Origin: Chlorokybus atmophyticus
Taxonomy: Eukaryota > Plantae > Mesostigma and Chlorokybus algae
Length of the DNA stretch: 64,000 bases
NCBI GenBank assembly: GCA_009103225.1
Contig: RHPI01000638.1
Location: forward strand, 620,001-684,000
Reading direction: 5' to 3'
Positions 13,174-26,344 of this stretch are shown in pieces (position 1 is the stretch's first letter; each line of letters opens with the position of its first letter). The translations under genes and the position numbers were made by a program. The notes under the pieces are model-generated. The model searched no databases. It saw only the letters and a program-made list of their open reading frames with translations, and was not told where the DNA came from.

Positions 13174-15670
13174 CGCGCTAGAGTTCCTGATCGGAATGCA
13201 TTGTCGGACCGTGCATTTAACCATTCTTTGTGATTGCATGCAACGCTGGCAGGTTGCGCATGAGGCGGATGATGAAGATTGTACCGTTCAGACGCCTTGG
13301 CGAGTGGCCTGGAAACGGGAGCTACAGCTGCGAGTGGGATGAGCAACAGCTGCTGCGGCGTGCCTATAAGTCAATGTACAATAAGCGCATGTCAGTCAGA
13401 TCAGACAGCAAGCAGTAGGTGAGCACTGGCCTGCTGCTCAAATGGCGCAAATGGCTGTAAAGCTGCTTAAGATGACGTACCAGTTGTTTGATACATGTGT
13501 AGGCTGTTCGTTCATTGTGTGGCATATGCGTCCATCTGTTTGCTCACAGATGTATTCGTGTGCACTTCCACTAACTGAGCAGCAAAGCAGACACTCATGG
13601 GCGCTTCCACGATTGGTTGACATCAAGCAACATACGATATGCGGAGCATAAGAAAGCAACCCTTGTCATCAAACCGCCACAAGGCAACAAGCGTCCTAAG
13701 GCATGGCGGTACATTGCCCAGCAGTGCATTGCAGGTATGCGTAAGACCTGGTAACCTTACGCATATCGTGCAAAGCTTTTGCTAAAATGTCTGGTGACAT
13801 TGGTTGTCTGGTAACGACGTCATTCCAGCTCAGCACTTGCCGGTGGTCTGACAGCTCATGCACATGCCAGTGTTCAGCGGAAATGTCCATAGACTACTCA
13901 CATCCGCGCTCATGTACATTGCAACCCCTTCGTGAGATGCAAGAGTCCGGGTCCGGTATCCTCCGTGGGCGTTTAAGGGAGGTGCAGTTCCGACAAGTCC
14001 CGAAGTTCTTGAGCCTCAATTATGTGAGCTTGTGCTCACGCCCGATACAAGTATGCCTAGCCACTGGTCATGTGTCACCCGTTTTGCGCGTGAATAGCAA
14101 GACTTTACCATGCCTGCACATGCCCATGGCCGCATCCGTTAACTTTGGCATCCGCTTTGTGCCGCTTGTGGCACACTTGAATATTGCCCTGTGGCTGCGG
14201 GCGCGGCTACGTACACACAAGCAGGTGCGCATGGTCATTCTGCTGCTAATGCGCCGCATATGCATGTGTGCGACATGAACCTTGCAGCACAACTGTAGAT
14301 GGTGGCGAACCAGAACAGAGGCGTACATGTATTTATCGGAGGCACAAGATCACACGTCAAGGTTTGGGAAGAACCTTAACCTATCAAACTGTAGCTCCCA
14401 AGTGTCCTCACTCCACAAAAGGGTGGGCGCTGCGAAATTGTTCAGCAAAGTGTGGCGCTGTGGGCTACATATGATGCAAGTTGTTACGCCATTTGCGAGT
14501 CTTGCAAGTGCCTTGCTGCAATTGTAATCACTTGTGCGGTCGGTTACGTGTGCATAGATACTGTAATTGAGTAGCCATGCTTTGTTTTATACATATGCGT
14601 GCGTGCTATCGATCGAGGTGCAGCGGTTGCGGGAGGAAGTTGCAAGCCAAGAAGTACCCTGCATGCACGCATGCACATCAACTGTCAAACAAGCATGTTA
14701 CTGGCTTTAACTGCCATGCACACGTAGATATGATGATGTTTGCGCAGAATTTGTTTCAATCACAGCAGCAGTGTGAAGGCGAACACGCGTGTACATACCG
14801 GCAGTTGACAAGATGGCAGGTAGGAGGCTGGCGGCGATGGCGGCGGGGGTGTGGGTGAAGCGGGAGGGGGAGTCCGTTGAGTCCTGCTGCTAGTGTGGCC
14901 GCTGCTGCTGCAAGAAGGCCGCTGACCAAGGCGCATGTGCAGGTGATGACGCACGCATGCATGCATGCATGTCTAATGGGTATGGGCAGTAGAGAAGGTA
15001 GGTAGCAGCTAGGTTGGCAGCCCGGTGATTAATAAGAGTGCTTCATGGTGTGGTGAGTTGACTGCTCATGGATGTGTGTGTCACACTCTCATGCATGCTA
15101 CAATCCTTGCACTCTATTTATTATACGCGCGACGACATACTTGTGTTGTATACTATAATATTGCATCAAGTCGTGTGTTTGCTCATGTCCCAAATGTGAC
15201 ATGTTAACATAATAGTTGATGGAATAATATATAAAAGATTGTAAATGATATACCACTTATAAAACATGATTCATTTAATAAAGTTATGAACATTTTGTTG
15301 ATGCACAACTGCACGTGTTAACAGATGCACATGTGCAATACGTGGTTATTAAATTACCTACACATTACCTGGTGTTACTGAACTGAACACTACCTAAGCT
15401 CGGCAATGTCGAGTTGACACGTTGGCGTTGGATAAATCATTTACCCAAGTCTCCCTTCGCCACGGCCACAACAGGTCATGCTTATAGCGAGCCCATGTCC
15501 ACGCCCGACCGGCCACGTTGGCAGAGGAGTGGCCCGCTGCCCGTGCGCAGGGATCTGCCCGCAAGCCGCAGCGCGCGCCCCCGAATCCGATCTCACCTCC
15601 AAAGAGACAGACTTTGACAGCCTCTGACAAAAGCGTTCTTTCTGACAGAGAAGAACAGAGCACTGTTAGC

Positions 15671-17489
15671 ATGGCGGCGGTGATGGCGACGGCCTTGCCC
15701 GTAGGGTAAGCGTGGCCTCCCTTGTCGATGCTGCTGCTGGTGTGATTGTCACTGCGGATGCTTGCGTCCTTATAGTCATCGTCGTTCCGTTTGCCAGGGT
15801 TGTTGGGATTGAGCGGAGCAGCAGGTCCAGGAGAACAAGCAGCAGCCGCGCCAGCGGAGGCATGAAAGGTAGGATGCGTGTGTCCTGCGCACGTTGACAT
15901 AACAGAGCAGGATGAGCACATAGTCTATGCGAGCAAGTGTGGCAAGCAGTGGTGGTGGCGGTTGAAACACAAGCTGTCTCTGTGTGGCATGTTGATTACG
16001 TGCATGTTGCGTCATGCGTGAACACAGGCGCGAGGTTGCTTCCGCGTTGTTTGGGGCTGACGTCGCCGCCAGCGCACATGATAGAGCCTCCCGCGATCGT
16101 CCACACCGCACAGTAAGTGTGCCCCGTGCATGGCGCGTGTGCATGCTGCCCCAGTTTCGGAGCAAACACAAGAGCACCTAGTGTCGTCCTTGCTTTGCGA
16201 ACGAGAGTCATGCATCGTCACGCATACGGTCTACATTGCATCCATGTCCATGCTGATGGAAGCGACATCAATAAGTCGTAAAGTGTACTGGTCTTGTAAG
16301 TTACATAACTAGTGTTGCTACAACCACCGTGGTCCATGGAGTCGGCGTGCTGTAAGTTGTTTGTGTGGCCCAGTCCTGTGCGTGTGAAAGCAGCCTGATT
16401 GTTGTCGGGTGTCGGGTACTCGTGCTGCCGACACCCGCATTGCCGTAGATGCCCATCTCTCATGTGTAGTACAAATCACTTCATCAACAAAACATCCACA
16501 TTGCCAAGCATTCCCATTTGGCTGTCCCTCAGGATCCAATCCACCCGTTCTTCCCCGTCCCGCTACTACTATGCAGTAGGCTTTTCATCATCACCAGCCC
16601 CCGCAGCCGCCGCTGCCACCGCCACCGCGTCCCGCGCCGCCATGACGAGCGCAATTGCCGTCCCCGGCACTCCCGGCCCGGGCGGCCTGCCCACGCCTGG
16701 CCCAGGAACACTGCCCACGCCAGGGGGACCCGGGGAGATGCCCGGGCCAATGCCGGGGACGGGACCGGCGGCACCTGGAGTACCGGAGGTGGGTGGGGTG
16801 GATGCATGGGAATGTCGTGTGTTTGCAGTTTGAGTAGTCATGTGAGGTGTTGTGATTCAGGTGCCGAGTATACCAAATGATCCTACTCCACCCACGCCCA
16901 TGCCGGGTCCTGAGGTGCCGACGACGCCGTCGGGGCCGGAGATACCCATGCCGCCGAGGGGGCCATCTGGTCCCGACTTGCCCGGGTCAGTTGGTCGCAC
17001 AGCCTGTGACACAAGCAGCAATGCCCGCACATGATATGTGTCCTTAGCGTGGAGCACGAGTCATGGAGTATCTGCGAGTCTGCGTGCTTATTGTGTCGTT
17101 GAACAGGCCAAACCCGGGACCTGAGATTCCTTCGACGCCTTCTGGCCCAGAGTTCCCAACCGATCCCGCACCACCGGGCCCACGACCCACACCGCCACGC
17201 GCAGGTGAGAGAGCGCGAGAGAGTCCGAAGCCCATCACACTACACATACCTCACGTGTGGCCACTGTCTCATGCTATTCGTTTTGGACACAGGAGCACAG
17301 TCGCTGTTTGGTGGGTTGCCAAGCACGATGCCCTCTCCGGACCCGATGCCGCGGGAGCTGCCGAAGACTGCCCCGGGACCCACCGACAGCGACTCTTCCA
17401 TGGGCGCTGCATTCCCGGACCTCTCGCCGCTGCCTCCCTCGCCCAATCTGGGCGTCCCCTTCGACGTGCCCTACACGCTGCAAAAATGA
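15671..17489 (+). CDS. Proline-rich protein A with a transit-peptide-like N-terminus, multi-exon
   Basis: MAAVMATALPVG| (GTAAGC donor), VVGIERSSRSRRTSSSRASGGMK|, then exons rich in PGP, PEIP and PTP (VPGTPGPGGLPTPG..GVPE|VPSIPNDPTPPTPMPGPEVP..|GPNPGPEIPSTPSGPEFP..|..VPFDVPYTLQK*). Confidence 0.65.
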
Positions 17490-18763
17490 GCGACAGGAGC
17501 TGTACAGCGGTTTGCTGTGGTTGTGGTGTGGAGACTGTGCGTGTGAGTAATTGAGTTGCATTTGGCTACTGCTTTGGTATTTGGGGTTATTGATGGGTCA
17601 TACCATATTCATGTTAATGGCGGTCACTGTTGTATGGGCTGGCATAGACTAGTATTGTCCAGTTGTGCAAGCTACCATGCGGTTTCTAGCCTGGCCTGGA
17701 GGCAACTCACCAACTGCTGAGGTGCATTGTCCTGTTGCTGAGCGTTCTCCATTTGTTTGTGGGCAGAGCCACATGAGTCAAGGCATTGTTTTTGCCTATG
17801 CATTGATATCAATGTCGTGGCCTGAACACTGTCACATTGGCATGCCAAAGTAACCGTCTCCTGCAGCTGGGTGTGAGTGCACACGCAGGGAAAACTGCCC
17901 AAAGACATTATGCCCACATATCTTGAAAACTTGCATGCATCTTTGACGACTGTATCAAGCGTTATCCCACAGCTTACACAAGTACACTGGTGCTACACCT
18001 TGACAAAACTGTAGCACAACAGCTGCTGCAGTTTTCATATTGTGAACATGTATCAAATCAAAACCAGTTATTACGTGGACGAGAAAACAGTGGTCATTTT
18101 CTGTTGAATACATGTTATTGGGCACGCAGTACTGCTGTGTGTCGTGGAGTCTGATGGTGTACAGAAGAGCGAAGCAATGATGGGCCATTCAATTCAATTG
18201 GCCGTTGGTGATGTTGTGGGTTACCGAGCAACCGATTGTTGTGACCAATCCACGTGCATCAGTACAGACCACTTGCAATGGCAGTATTTGTGCTCCTCCA
18301 TGCATGTACAATTACTGCTTGATCTTGAGTTGACATTGCACAGCTAACAGTTGCAGATCCCTTCATACAGTACCAACCAACTGTCTGCTGCACACTTTTG
18401 GACAATGTGCGCGAGTGGCTAATACTCTCAGCGCAGAAATAATACTCTCTGCTAATGTGCACGGTGGGTGCGAACTGCATTTGCTGTAACCAAGGCTACC
18501 AAAACTCACGTCCTCAACACTAGCAAGTGTCACTCATAGGAATAAGCAAACCTACAGCCGCTTCGGTCTGTTAGCAAGCACAAAGCAGCAGTCTTAGTCA
18601 AAAAACCTGCCATCTACGTGGCGTCCTTGTTGAAGCCAACTTCGTCTTGTGAATGGAGATTCACTGTGCAACCGCATGGACCCCAAACTACCATCCACAC
18701 CGCATGTCTGGCATCCGTGACAAGTGAACCCGTGCTACCATCCAGTGCGCGGCAAGAGCCGAG

Positions 18764-20149
18764 TCACGACGTGGGCGGGAAAGGCACTCCCTCTGGCTCG
18801 TCGGGCAAGCGCGGCCCCGGCTTGCTGAACGGGAACGGCGGGTCGATCGCGGGATCGGCGGGCCTCAGCGGAGAGGGCGACTCCGGCGGGACAGACTCGG
18901 GGGCGGAAGGCGACGTGGAGGGAGAGACATTCGGTGCTTCTGTCACATGTTGAAGTGTGTGAGTGGGTGTTAAACCATAACAATAATTAACCATTCTTAC
19001 CGGGTGGGGCGAGGGGTGGCTCCGTCTTGGGAGGCTCTGGTGCAGGCGGGAACTCTGGTGTGGGGATGGGCTGTATCTCCGGGCCGTCCGGCCCAGGCGG
19101 ACTGTGCAGTAATGGAGAGACTTTACTACTTGTGCATCCAAGTACTCATGCACATGCCAATGCAGCATGAACACACACCTCGGCATTTCTTGCGGTATGC
19201 GGGGCTCGGGGTCCTCCCGCGGCAGGCTCGGCAGCTCGGGGCCCGGTACGGGGGAGGGAGGGCTCGGCACTGTCGGTATCAAGGGCACCTGGCGAGTAGT
19301 ACACACTGTCTCGAACCCAACGCACACGCACGCACGCGCACACACACACAACTACTCACTTCGGGTATCTGTGGTGATGGGAAGTTGGGCGTGCGCTCCC
19401 CCGGTATCGGTATCTCTGGCGGGATGGAGGGGCCGCCGGGGCTGATCTCTCGACCAGGAAGCTGAGACGGACCGCCCGGCGTCACAATCATCGCGGAGGC
19501 GTGCCTGGCGCTGGCGCCCCTGCTGCGGACCAGAGACCGATGTCGCCTCCAACTGCGTGAAGAGCTGCATTGGCAATAAACGTTACACTTCTGGTGTGTG
19601 TGCACGCGCATCCACACTTCTGCGTGCATGCATGTGTGTATGTGTGTACAAGTTGCATGTGTGCGTGCACATATGTAATTGCCAGAAGGCAACGAAGGAC
19701 GTTGCACAGTATATGCGTGCACCTTTCACCATTGGTAGTGCTCTCAAAAGTCTGTACGCCTGCTTGTGTTCGGTTGCGCGAACCCGTCACTGGGGTAGGG
19801 GGGGCCACAGGTCATTGTGTGTTGACATTGCGTGCAGGTGCACAATGACACACACGCAAACGTCAAACCACACGCATGGGCTCGCCTTACAGACTCGCAC
19901 GCTAACGCACCTTGTATGGCTGGAGCATGTCTGCTGACACGCCTACCACAGGCGGCCACTGACGAAGGACTGAAGCTTCTGCGGCGGGACACAACACACT
20001 AACGTTAAGCAACAGCGGTGTAGGTGGGGCTAGCCGACCCACCTAGCCCTGGCCCCAGATTCCGCTCATGCGTGGCACGCGCCACCTGACGGACGTGTGA
20101 ACACTTACCCGGCCTGTGCCGCCACCGCCGCCGTCGCCGCCATGGCCAT
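18764..20149 (-). CDS. Proline-rich protein B, probable paralogue of A, convergent with it
   Basis: MAMAATAAVAAQAG| (GTAAGT donor), ...SRSWRRHRSLVRSRGASARHASAMIVTPGGPSQLPG..QIPE|VPLIPTVPSPP..|EIQPIPTPEFPP..|..VPFPPTS*. The 5' exon path is uncertain. Confidence 0.62.
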
Positions 20150-21141
20150 GGTTGCACAATCAATGGGTGGGTGTTTTGGCGCATAGTGACATCACACAGC
20201 GTCATCCGCCACATCAGCTCAACGGAACGCAACCCCGTCTGCATCGGATCTCCCGGGAGATCATCTCCTTGAAGCGAATGTCATGTGTTGCAACTTGCAT
20301 GCTAATTTAGCATTGCTAAAGGGTACAGTAACTGCACCCTTTTGCAAACTATACTACAGTTTATCATTTGGTATTACAGTTTACCCCCGTTAAAAGTCTT
20401 TGCTGAGATCAAAAACTATAAAGAGACCAATGATTTTACAGGCAAATATCTTCGCTTAGTAAAAAGTGTCTTGTACGTAATAAGACTAGTGTTGCCGCAT
20501 GAAATTCCCAATAGTGATATGCTCTTATCGGGGTAACAGTGCTGTGCGCAAGGCACAAGCACTTGCCCTTGTGCCCTTGTGCACATGCAAGTGCTTATGT
20601 GCCTTAAGCCGCCACGTCAGTTGCAGAGGCAATGCTTATCCCCGGGAGGCACGGCGGCGGTAGCGCGAGGGTTGACGGCGGGGGGGGCAAAGGTGTAGAT
20701 AGGTACACGGCCTGACGTTCAAGGACCATGAATGGTCCGTGCCGCCGGACCGGGATTTTCCCTTGCTATATGACATCATGTGATTGACGGACCATATACG
20801 GTGCGTTTTCCCTCGATAGTCGGACCATGTATGATCCAGATTTCACGCCATAGGTCCCATGTCCCTTGGTACGCACCAACCAAGGTCCAGCCGATTTGTG
20901 TTGCGTCAGGACCAGGTATGGTCTGGTCAGCGAACCAGGGACCAAGTCATGCCGGTTCAAGCCGTACCGTATAAGGCGCTGCACGAACCATACACGGTCC
21001 GCTATACATGTAGCAGACCTTGTGCAAGGACCAGCGTTATGTACTAATTCATGTCGCACCATATCTAGTGCGGCACGGACCATGCGTTGTGCATCATTGC
21101 GCACCAGGCATTGAGGCGCCGAAAGAACCATGGACGGTCTG

Positions 21142-21480
21142 TGTAAAGGAGTGCTACCTCTATTGAGGTTCCCCGCCCTTATTTAGGATTAAATAAGGGT
21201 CCCAACGGGTATATACAGCCAATTAAGCCGTATTAGGGCCGTTAACCTAGTGTTAAGGCCCTAATGTAGTGTTACTTAATTGTAACACTGATATCGACAT
21301 GAGACAAGAGTCTCATGTCGATATCAGCTGTATGGCGGCACTGCTAACGCAGCAGCCGCCATAGCCATAGGATCTTCTGCTTCGGCAGTTGCCCCTGGCG
21401 GCGGCGGTGTGGTCGGCGTGGCTGGTGGTGGTGTTTGGTTAGGGGATTAAAGGGAGGAGGTAGCACCCCCTCTCCTTACA
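21142..21480 (+). repeat. 5' LTR of copy 1
   Basis: Direct repeat of 26345-26683; begins tgtaa, ends ttaca. Confidence 0.95.
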
Positions 21481-22314
21481 TTGGTATCGGAGCACGGGCG
21501 GCAAGGGGCCTGTGGGAGGGGCGACGGCAGGCTGCAGGGGCGGCGGCAGGCCGCAGGGGCGGCGGCAGGCGGCAGGCGGCGGCAGGCGGCAGCGACGTTA
21601 AACTAGTGGTAGTTAAAGTGTTTTATGTTTTAACTATAATAGTTAAACGCTGCTGCTGGTGCCTAGCCTAGCCTAGCTTGCCATGCCATGCATGCCATGC
21701 CTAGCCTAGCATGCCTGTCCTAGTCTAGTTTGTTTTTGTGTGAAGGGAGCCGGCCATTCAGGCCTATCCCTGAAGCATTGCATTGCAGCACAACACATAG
21801 TAAACATACATTAATTGGATTATATTGTGTGTGTACCACCACGTGGATTCGTGGTGGTGTAAGGGTTGTTCTATTAATTTGGAAATTCCCTTGGGGGGGG
21901 CAGTTCGGTGGCAACATCGACTGTCTCAGTGCCGCCATTTTGAGCGGTGAGGCCGCCAGAATTTTTGAGCGGCCGATATAAAACTCACCATTCACAACTG
22001 GTCGATATCGGCCTGTAAGGTCGATTTGACGAGATTTTGGCACCCTGTGTGTCAATCACAGTTGTGAATTGTGCTGGGTTGTACAAAGTGAAAACTTTGA
22101 AAAATCATAACTCGTGAAACGTCGCGTGGATTCGCGCACGGTTTGTTGCAGAGTGAGTGTCTAGTTGAGAGGTGTGTGTGTGGAGAGCTCTTTTTGGGGT
22201 GTATACTCCACCGTAACGCCTCAAATCTTGACGAGACAAAATTATTAGATTTTACTTGTATTGCAGTGCACAATCTGAGTACTTGTGCACTTGCTAACGG
22301 CTGTCTTTGGGCAG

Positions 22315-22911
22315 ATGTCTGACCAAGGAGAGGGAGGTGAGAAGTACTTTACCGTCCCTGACTCATCGTCATCATACGAACCATCAAGTGATGACAAAGT
22401 GAGAGACTCGGACACGAGTGAGAGCTACAAGCTCACTGAGAGTGACAAGGAGGAAGCTGCGCAGGATAGCGAAGCTTCTCCCAATCAATCTACTCAGAGT
22501 GGGCCAGCTACAATGGACACACAGTCTGTCATTGGTGGGGCTATTGAGAAGTATGCGCGAGAGCGCAAAGCCTTGATCGATGCTCACCCACAGCTTCGTC
22601 AGGAAGTGTGGGATGCATGGGCGCAGACGGTTCGTGATGGCTATGAGACAGACTTTGCCACACTCCCTCGTGCAAGCAAGGAGATGGTGATCCGCATGCT
22701 CGAGCATGAGCTGACGAACAATATCCCGCCACTCGTGCGAGGTGAACCAAAGGTGGCTGCTATCATGACCGTATATGCTAAGCCTCTCCCTTACCAAGGC
22801 AAGCGAATGGCGTTTGAGGCTTTGGCCAACTTGGGAGTGGAAACCTCACAGCGTTGCAAGGACGAGTGGTACCTCTGTTGTGGACATTTAGTGGCACAAT
22901 GCAAGGTGTAA
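22315..22911 (+). pseudogene. gag: Truncated gag (N-terminal part only) of copy 1
   Basis: MSDQGEGGEKYF...AFEALANLGVETSQRCKD aligns with copy 2 (28800-29337), then jumps directly into the pol 5' sequence. The capsid core and zinc knuckle are absent. Confidence 0.75.
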
Positions 22912-25900
22912 ACAGTTCGTTCTTGATTGACACTGGTGCAACACATAACTTCGTTGAGGAACAATGGGTTGTGCGCAACAAGATAGCGTGTAAACCCTCA
23001 GCATTTTCAGCTGCCGGTGCGGGGGGTGCGTTGCCAATGAAAGGGGATATAAAAATGAAAGTAAAGATTGGTAATTATCATGCCACTCTTACTTTCATAG
23101 TGGTATCCATCGACATATCAGGTGTTGATGTGGTATTAGGACAGGAATGGCAGGAAAATGTCAAAATGACATTGGATACTGGCGCACGCTTGTGCACAGT
23201 ACAGAAAGGTCGTAAGCGTGTAACATTGTCTTTGAAAGGGTCACATAGCTTGGACCACAAGCAGACCGACCCTGCGCTACTCACTGCACTGCAAGTGAAA
23301 CGTGCGTTGCGCAAAAATACACCGGCGTTTCTGGTACACTGGACGTCATCGGACGACTTTGTGCCGGGAAATATAGAAGGTGTTGCAGACATCATTGAGG
23401 AATATCAAGATGTGTTCTCAGATGAGTTGCCAGGCTTACCTCCTGATCGAGGTGTCGGACACACAATATCACTCATTCCTGATATTGAGCCTCCGTTTCG
23501 GCCTATATATAGGCTGAGCCCCCGAGAGGGGGGGGAAATGGAAACTCAAATCAAGGAGTTATTGGAAAAGGGATTGATTGAACCGAGTTCTTCACCCTTT
23601 GGCGCGCCCATCTTGTTTGTGATGAAAAAGAATGGAAAGCTGCGCATGTGTGTGGATTACCGTGCTTTGAACAAGATCACGGTAAAGAATCGATACCCGC
23701 TGCCCCGGATTGATGATGTGTTTGATAAACTGTCGGGAAATGCGTACTTTAGTACGTTGGACTTAACAAGTGGGTATCATCAAATCCGGATTCATCCTTC
23801 TGATGTTTACAAGACAGCATTCAGAACACCTTCGGGCCATTATCAATACAAAGTGTTACCTTTTGGATTGACTAATGCGCCCGCAGTGTTTCAGAAGGAA
23901 ATGAATAAGATTTTTGGTGGCATACTTGGCAAGTATGTTATGGTTTACTTGGATGACATTATTGTCTTTAGTAAAACCAAGGAAGAGCATAAGCAGCACT
24001 TGAAAGCGGTGTTCGCCTTGCTGCGTACACATCGCTTGTTTGCCAATCTTGCGAAGTGTGACTTCTGCAAGACGGAGTTGCCATTCTTGGGGCACATTGT
24101 GAGCGGTGCGGGTGTGAAACCTGACCCTCGCAAAGTGCAAGTTGTAAAGGATTGGCCTCAACCTAAGAATATCCATCAACTGCGATCATTTTTGGGATTG
24201 GCAAACTACTTTCGCAAGTTTATGATGGGGTACTCCACAGTAGTGGTGCCTTTGACAAAACTGTTGCGAAAAGATGCTCCATTCTTATGGACAGCTGAAC
24301 AAGAAGCTGCTATGCAACAGGTGAAGCTAGCTTTGACTTCTGCTCCAGTGTTGGCATTGCCAAACTGGGACAAGCATTTCACTGTGGTTAGCGATGCGTC
24401 CACCCTTGGGTGTGGTGCAGTACTGTTGCAAGATGGCAGACCATGTGCTTATGAGAGTAGGAAGTTCATCCCAGCAGAGGTGAATTACACTACCACCGAG
24501 CAAGAGTTGCTTGGTATAGTACATGCTCTGAAACATGGCGATGTTACTTGGAGGGGGTTCAGTTCACAGTGGTGACCGATCATAATCCATTGGTGTATTT
24601 CTCAACACAGCAAAACTTGTCACGAAGGCAAGCCCGCTGGAATGAGTTTCTGTCTCGGTTTACCTTTGAGTGGGTATACCGGCCAGGCAGAACCAATGTT
24701 GCTGATCCTCTGAGTCGTTGTCCATCATTGTTGGCAGCTATGCGTGCGCAATTGCTTGCGACGCGCGGTACATTGCCACCGGATGATGAGTTTGTGCAAG
24801 CTGTTGTGCAAGGGTATGCTTTTGACCCATGGTTCTCGTCAGAGGACAACGTGCAAAAGCTGAGCAAACGAGACAACTTGTATTATGTGGGCACCAGCTT
24901 GGTAATACCTGACCATGCTGGATTGCGTGCGAAATGCATAGCTGATGTACACGATCCACCGTACGCTGGGCACTTTGGCAGTCGCAAGACTGTTAAAGCA
25001 GCGCAACAGTTGTATTGGTGGCCATCGTTGCCTGTTGACGTAAAACGGTATGTGGACACGTGTGACAAATGTCAGCGTGATAAGCCGTTACGTCAGAAAC
25101 CCGCTGGTTTGCTGCGACCATTGCCTATTCCTGATGGCAAATGGGAAAGTGTGAGTATGGACTTAGTTACTGAGCTCCCAGAGACAGCATTAGGTCACAC
25201 TGCGGTTGCAGTTTTTGTGGATCGTTTGACAGAAATGGTCCACATTGTCCCTTGTCGCACGGAGATAGGCTCCCATGAGTTGGCGATGGTTTTTGTCGCG
25301 TCTGTGTTCAAGTTGCATGGCTTGCCCCGCAACTTTGTGTCAGATCGCGATCCGCGATTTATGGCTCAGTTTTGGAAGTCGCTATGCAGCTTCTTACACA
25401 TTCAGCAGAACATGAGCACTGCTTACCATCCACAGACGGATGGTCAGACAGAACGCGCCAATCAAGTGATTGAGGAAACCATCCGGCATTATGTGAGCCC
25501 GAATCAGAGTGATTGGGATATTTATCTCCCAATGGCTGAGTTTGCGATCAATAATGCATGGCAAGAGAGTGTGCAGGAGACTCCGTTCTTCTTGAATTAC
25601 GGAGTGCATCCACTGAGTCCTGCGAACATCAAGTTGCCCGCTACTGACGTGACTCGCGTACCTGCAGCGCGCGAGATGGCTTCGGCCATGCAGGATAGGT
25701 TAGCGTTGGAAAAAGACTGTCTGCGCGCAGCGCAAGACAGACAAAAAGCCCAAGCTGATGCGCATCGTAGAGAGGCCAACTACGATGTGGGCTGTTCGGT
25801 GCTTTTAAGTACCAAAAACGTATCCATCAAGGGAGTGGGTACCAGCAAGTTTTTCCCTCGCTGGATAGGCCCTTTCAAAATAATTGATCGGGTCGGCACT

Positions 25901-26221
25901 CACGCGTATCGTTTGGACTTGCCAAAGTCGATACGCATTCACAATGTGTTTCACGTGAGTGTACTGAAACCATACCGTTCTGACGGTCGGGTTCAACCTC
26001 CTCCACCCCCCGTTGCAGTGGATGGCGACGATACTTTCGAGTATGAGGTGGAAGCAATCCTGAGTCACCGTAAGCCTCGACGCGGACGCGCGCCGTCTTA
26101 CTTGGTGAAATGGAAAGGGTATGGTGTTGAGCACAACACGTGGGAGCCCGAAAGGAATCTTACCAACTGCCAAGAGATTCTTCGGGGGTACTGGAGTGCT
26201 GTGTCCACACGCGGACGGTAA
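22854..26221 (+). pseudogene. pol: pol of copy 1 (protease, RT, RNase H, integrase, chromodomain) with a single frameshift
   Basis: FLIDTGATHNF (PR), YLDDIIVFS (RT), SDASTLGCGAVLLQ (RH), H..PYAGH...C..CQ and GQTERANQ (IN), YEVEAILSHR..YLVKWKGY..NTWEP (chromodomain). One missing A at 24531-24533 breaks K(T)WRCYLEG. Confidence 0.93.
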
Positions 26222-26344
26222 AAGGGTGCTGGCAGACATCTTTACCGCTTCGGCCCTGGTTCTCTCACTGCTTTGGTTCTCGGTGCTCATGGTGGGGCTT
26301 TGCTAACCATTCAATGAGGACATTGAAACCTAAGTGGGGGGGAA

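Noticed and set aside
21142-21480. Retrozyme (hammerhead ribozyme in the LTR)
   Set aside because: No CUGANGA/GAAA core with proper stems found on either strand of the chromovirus or TRIM LTRs by eye.
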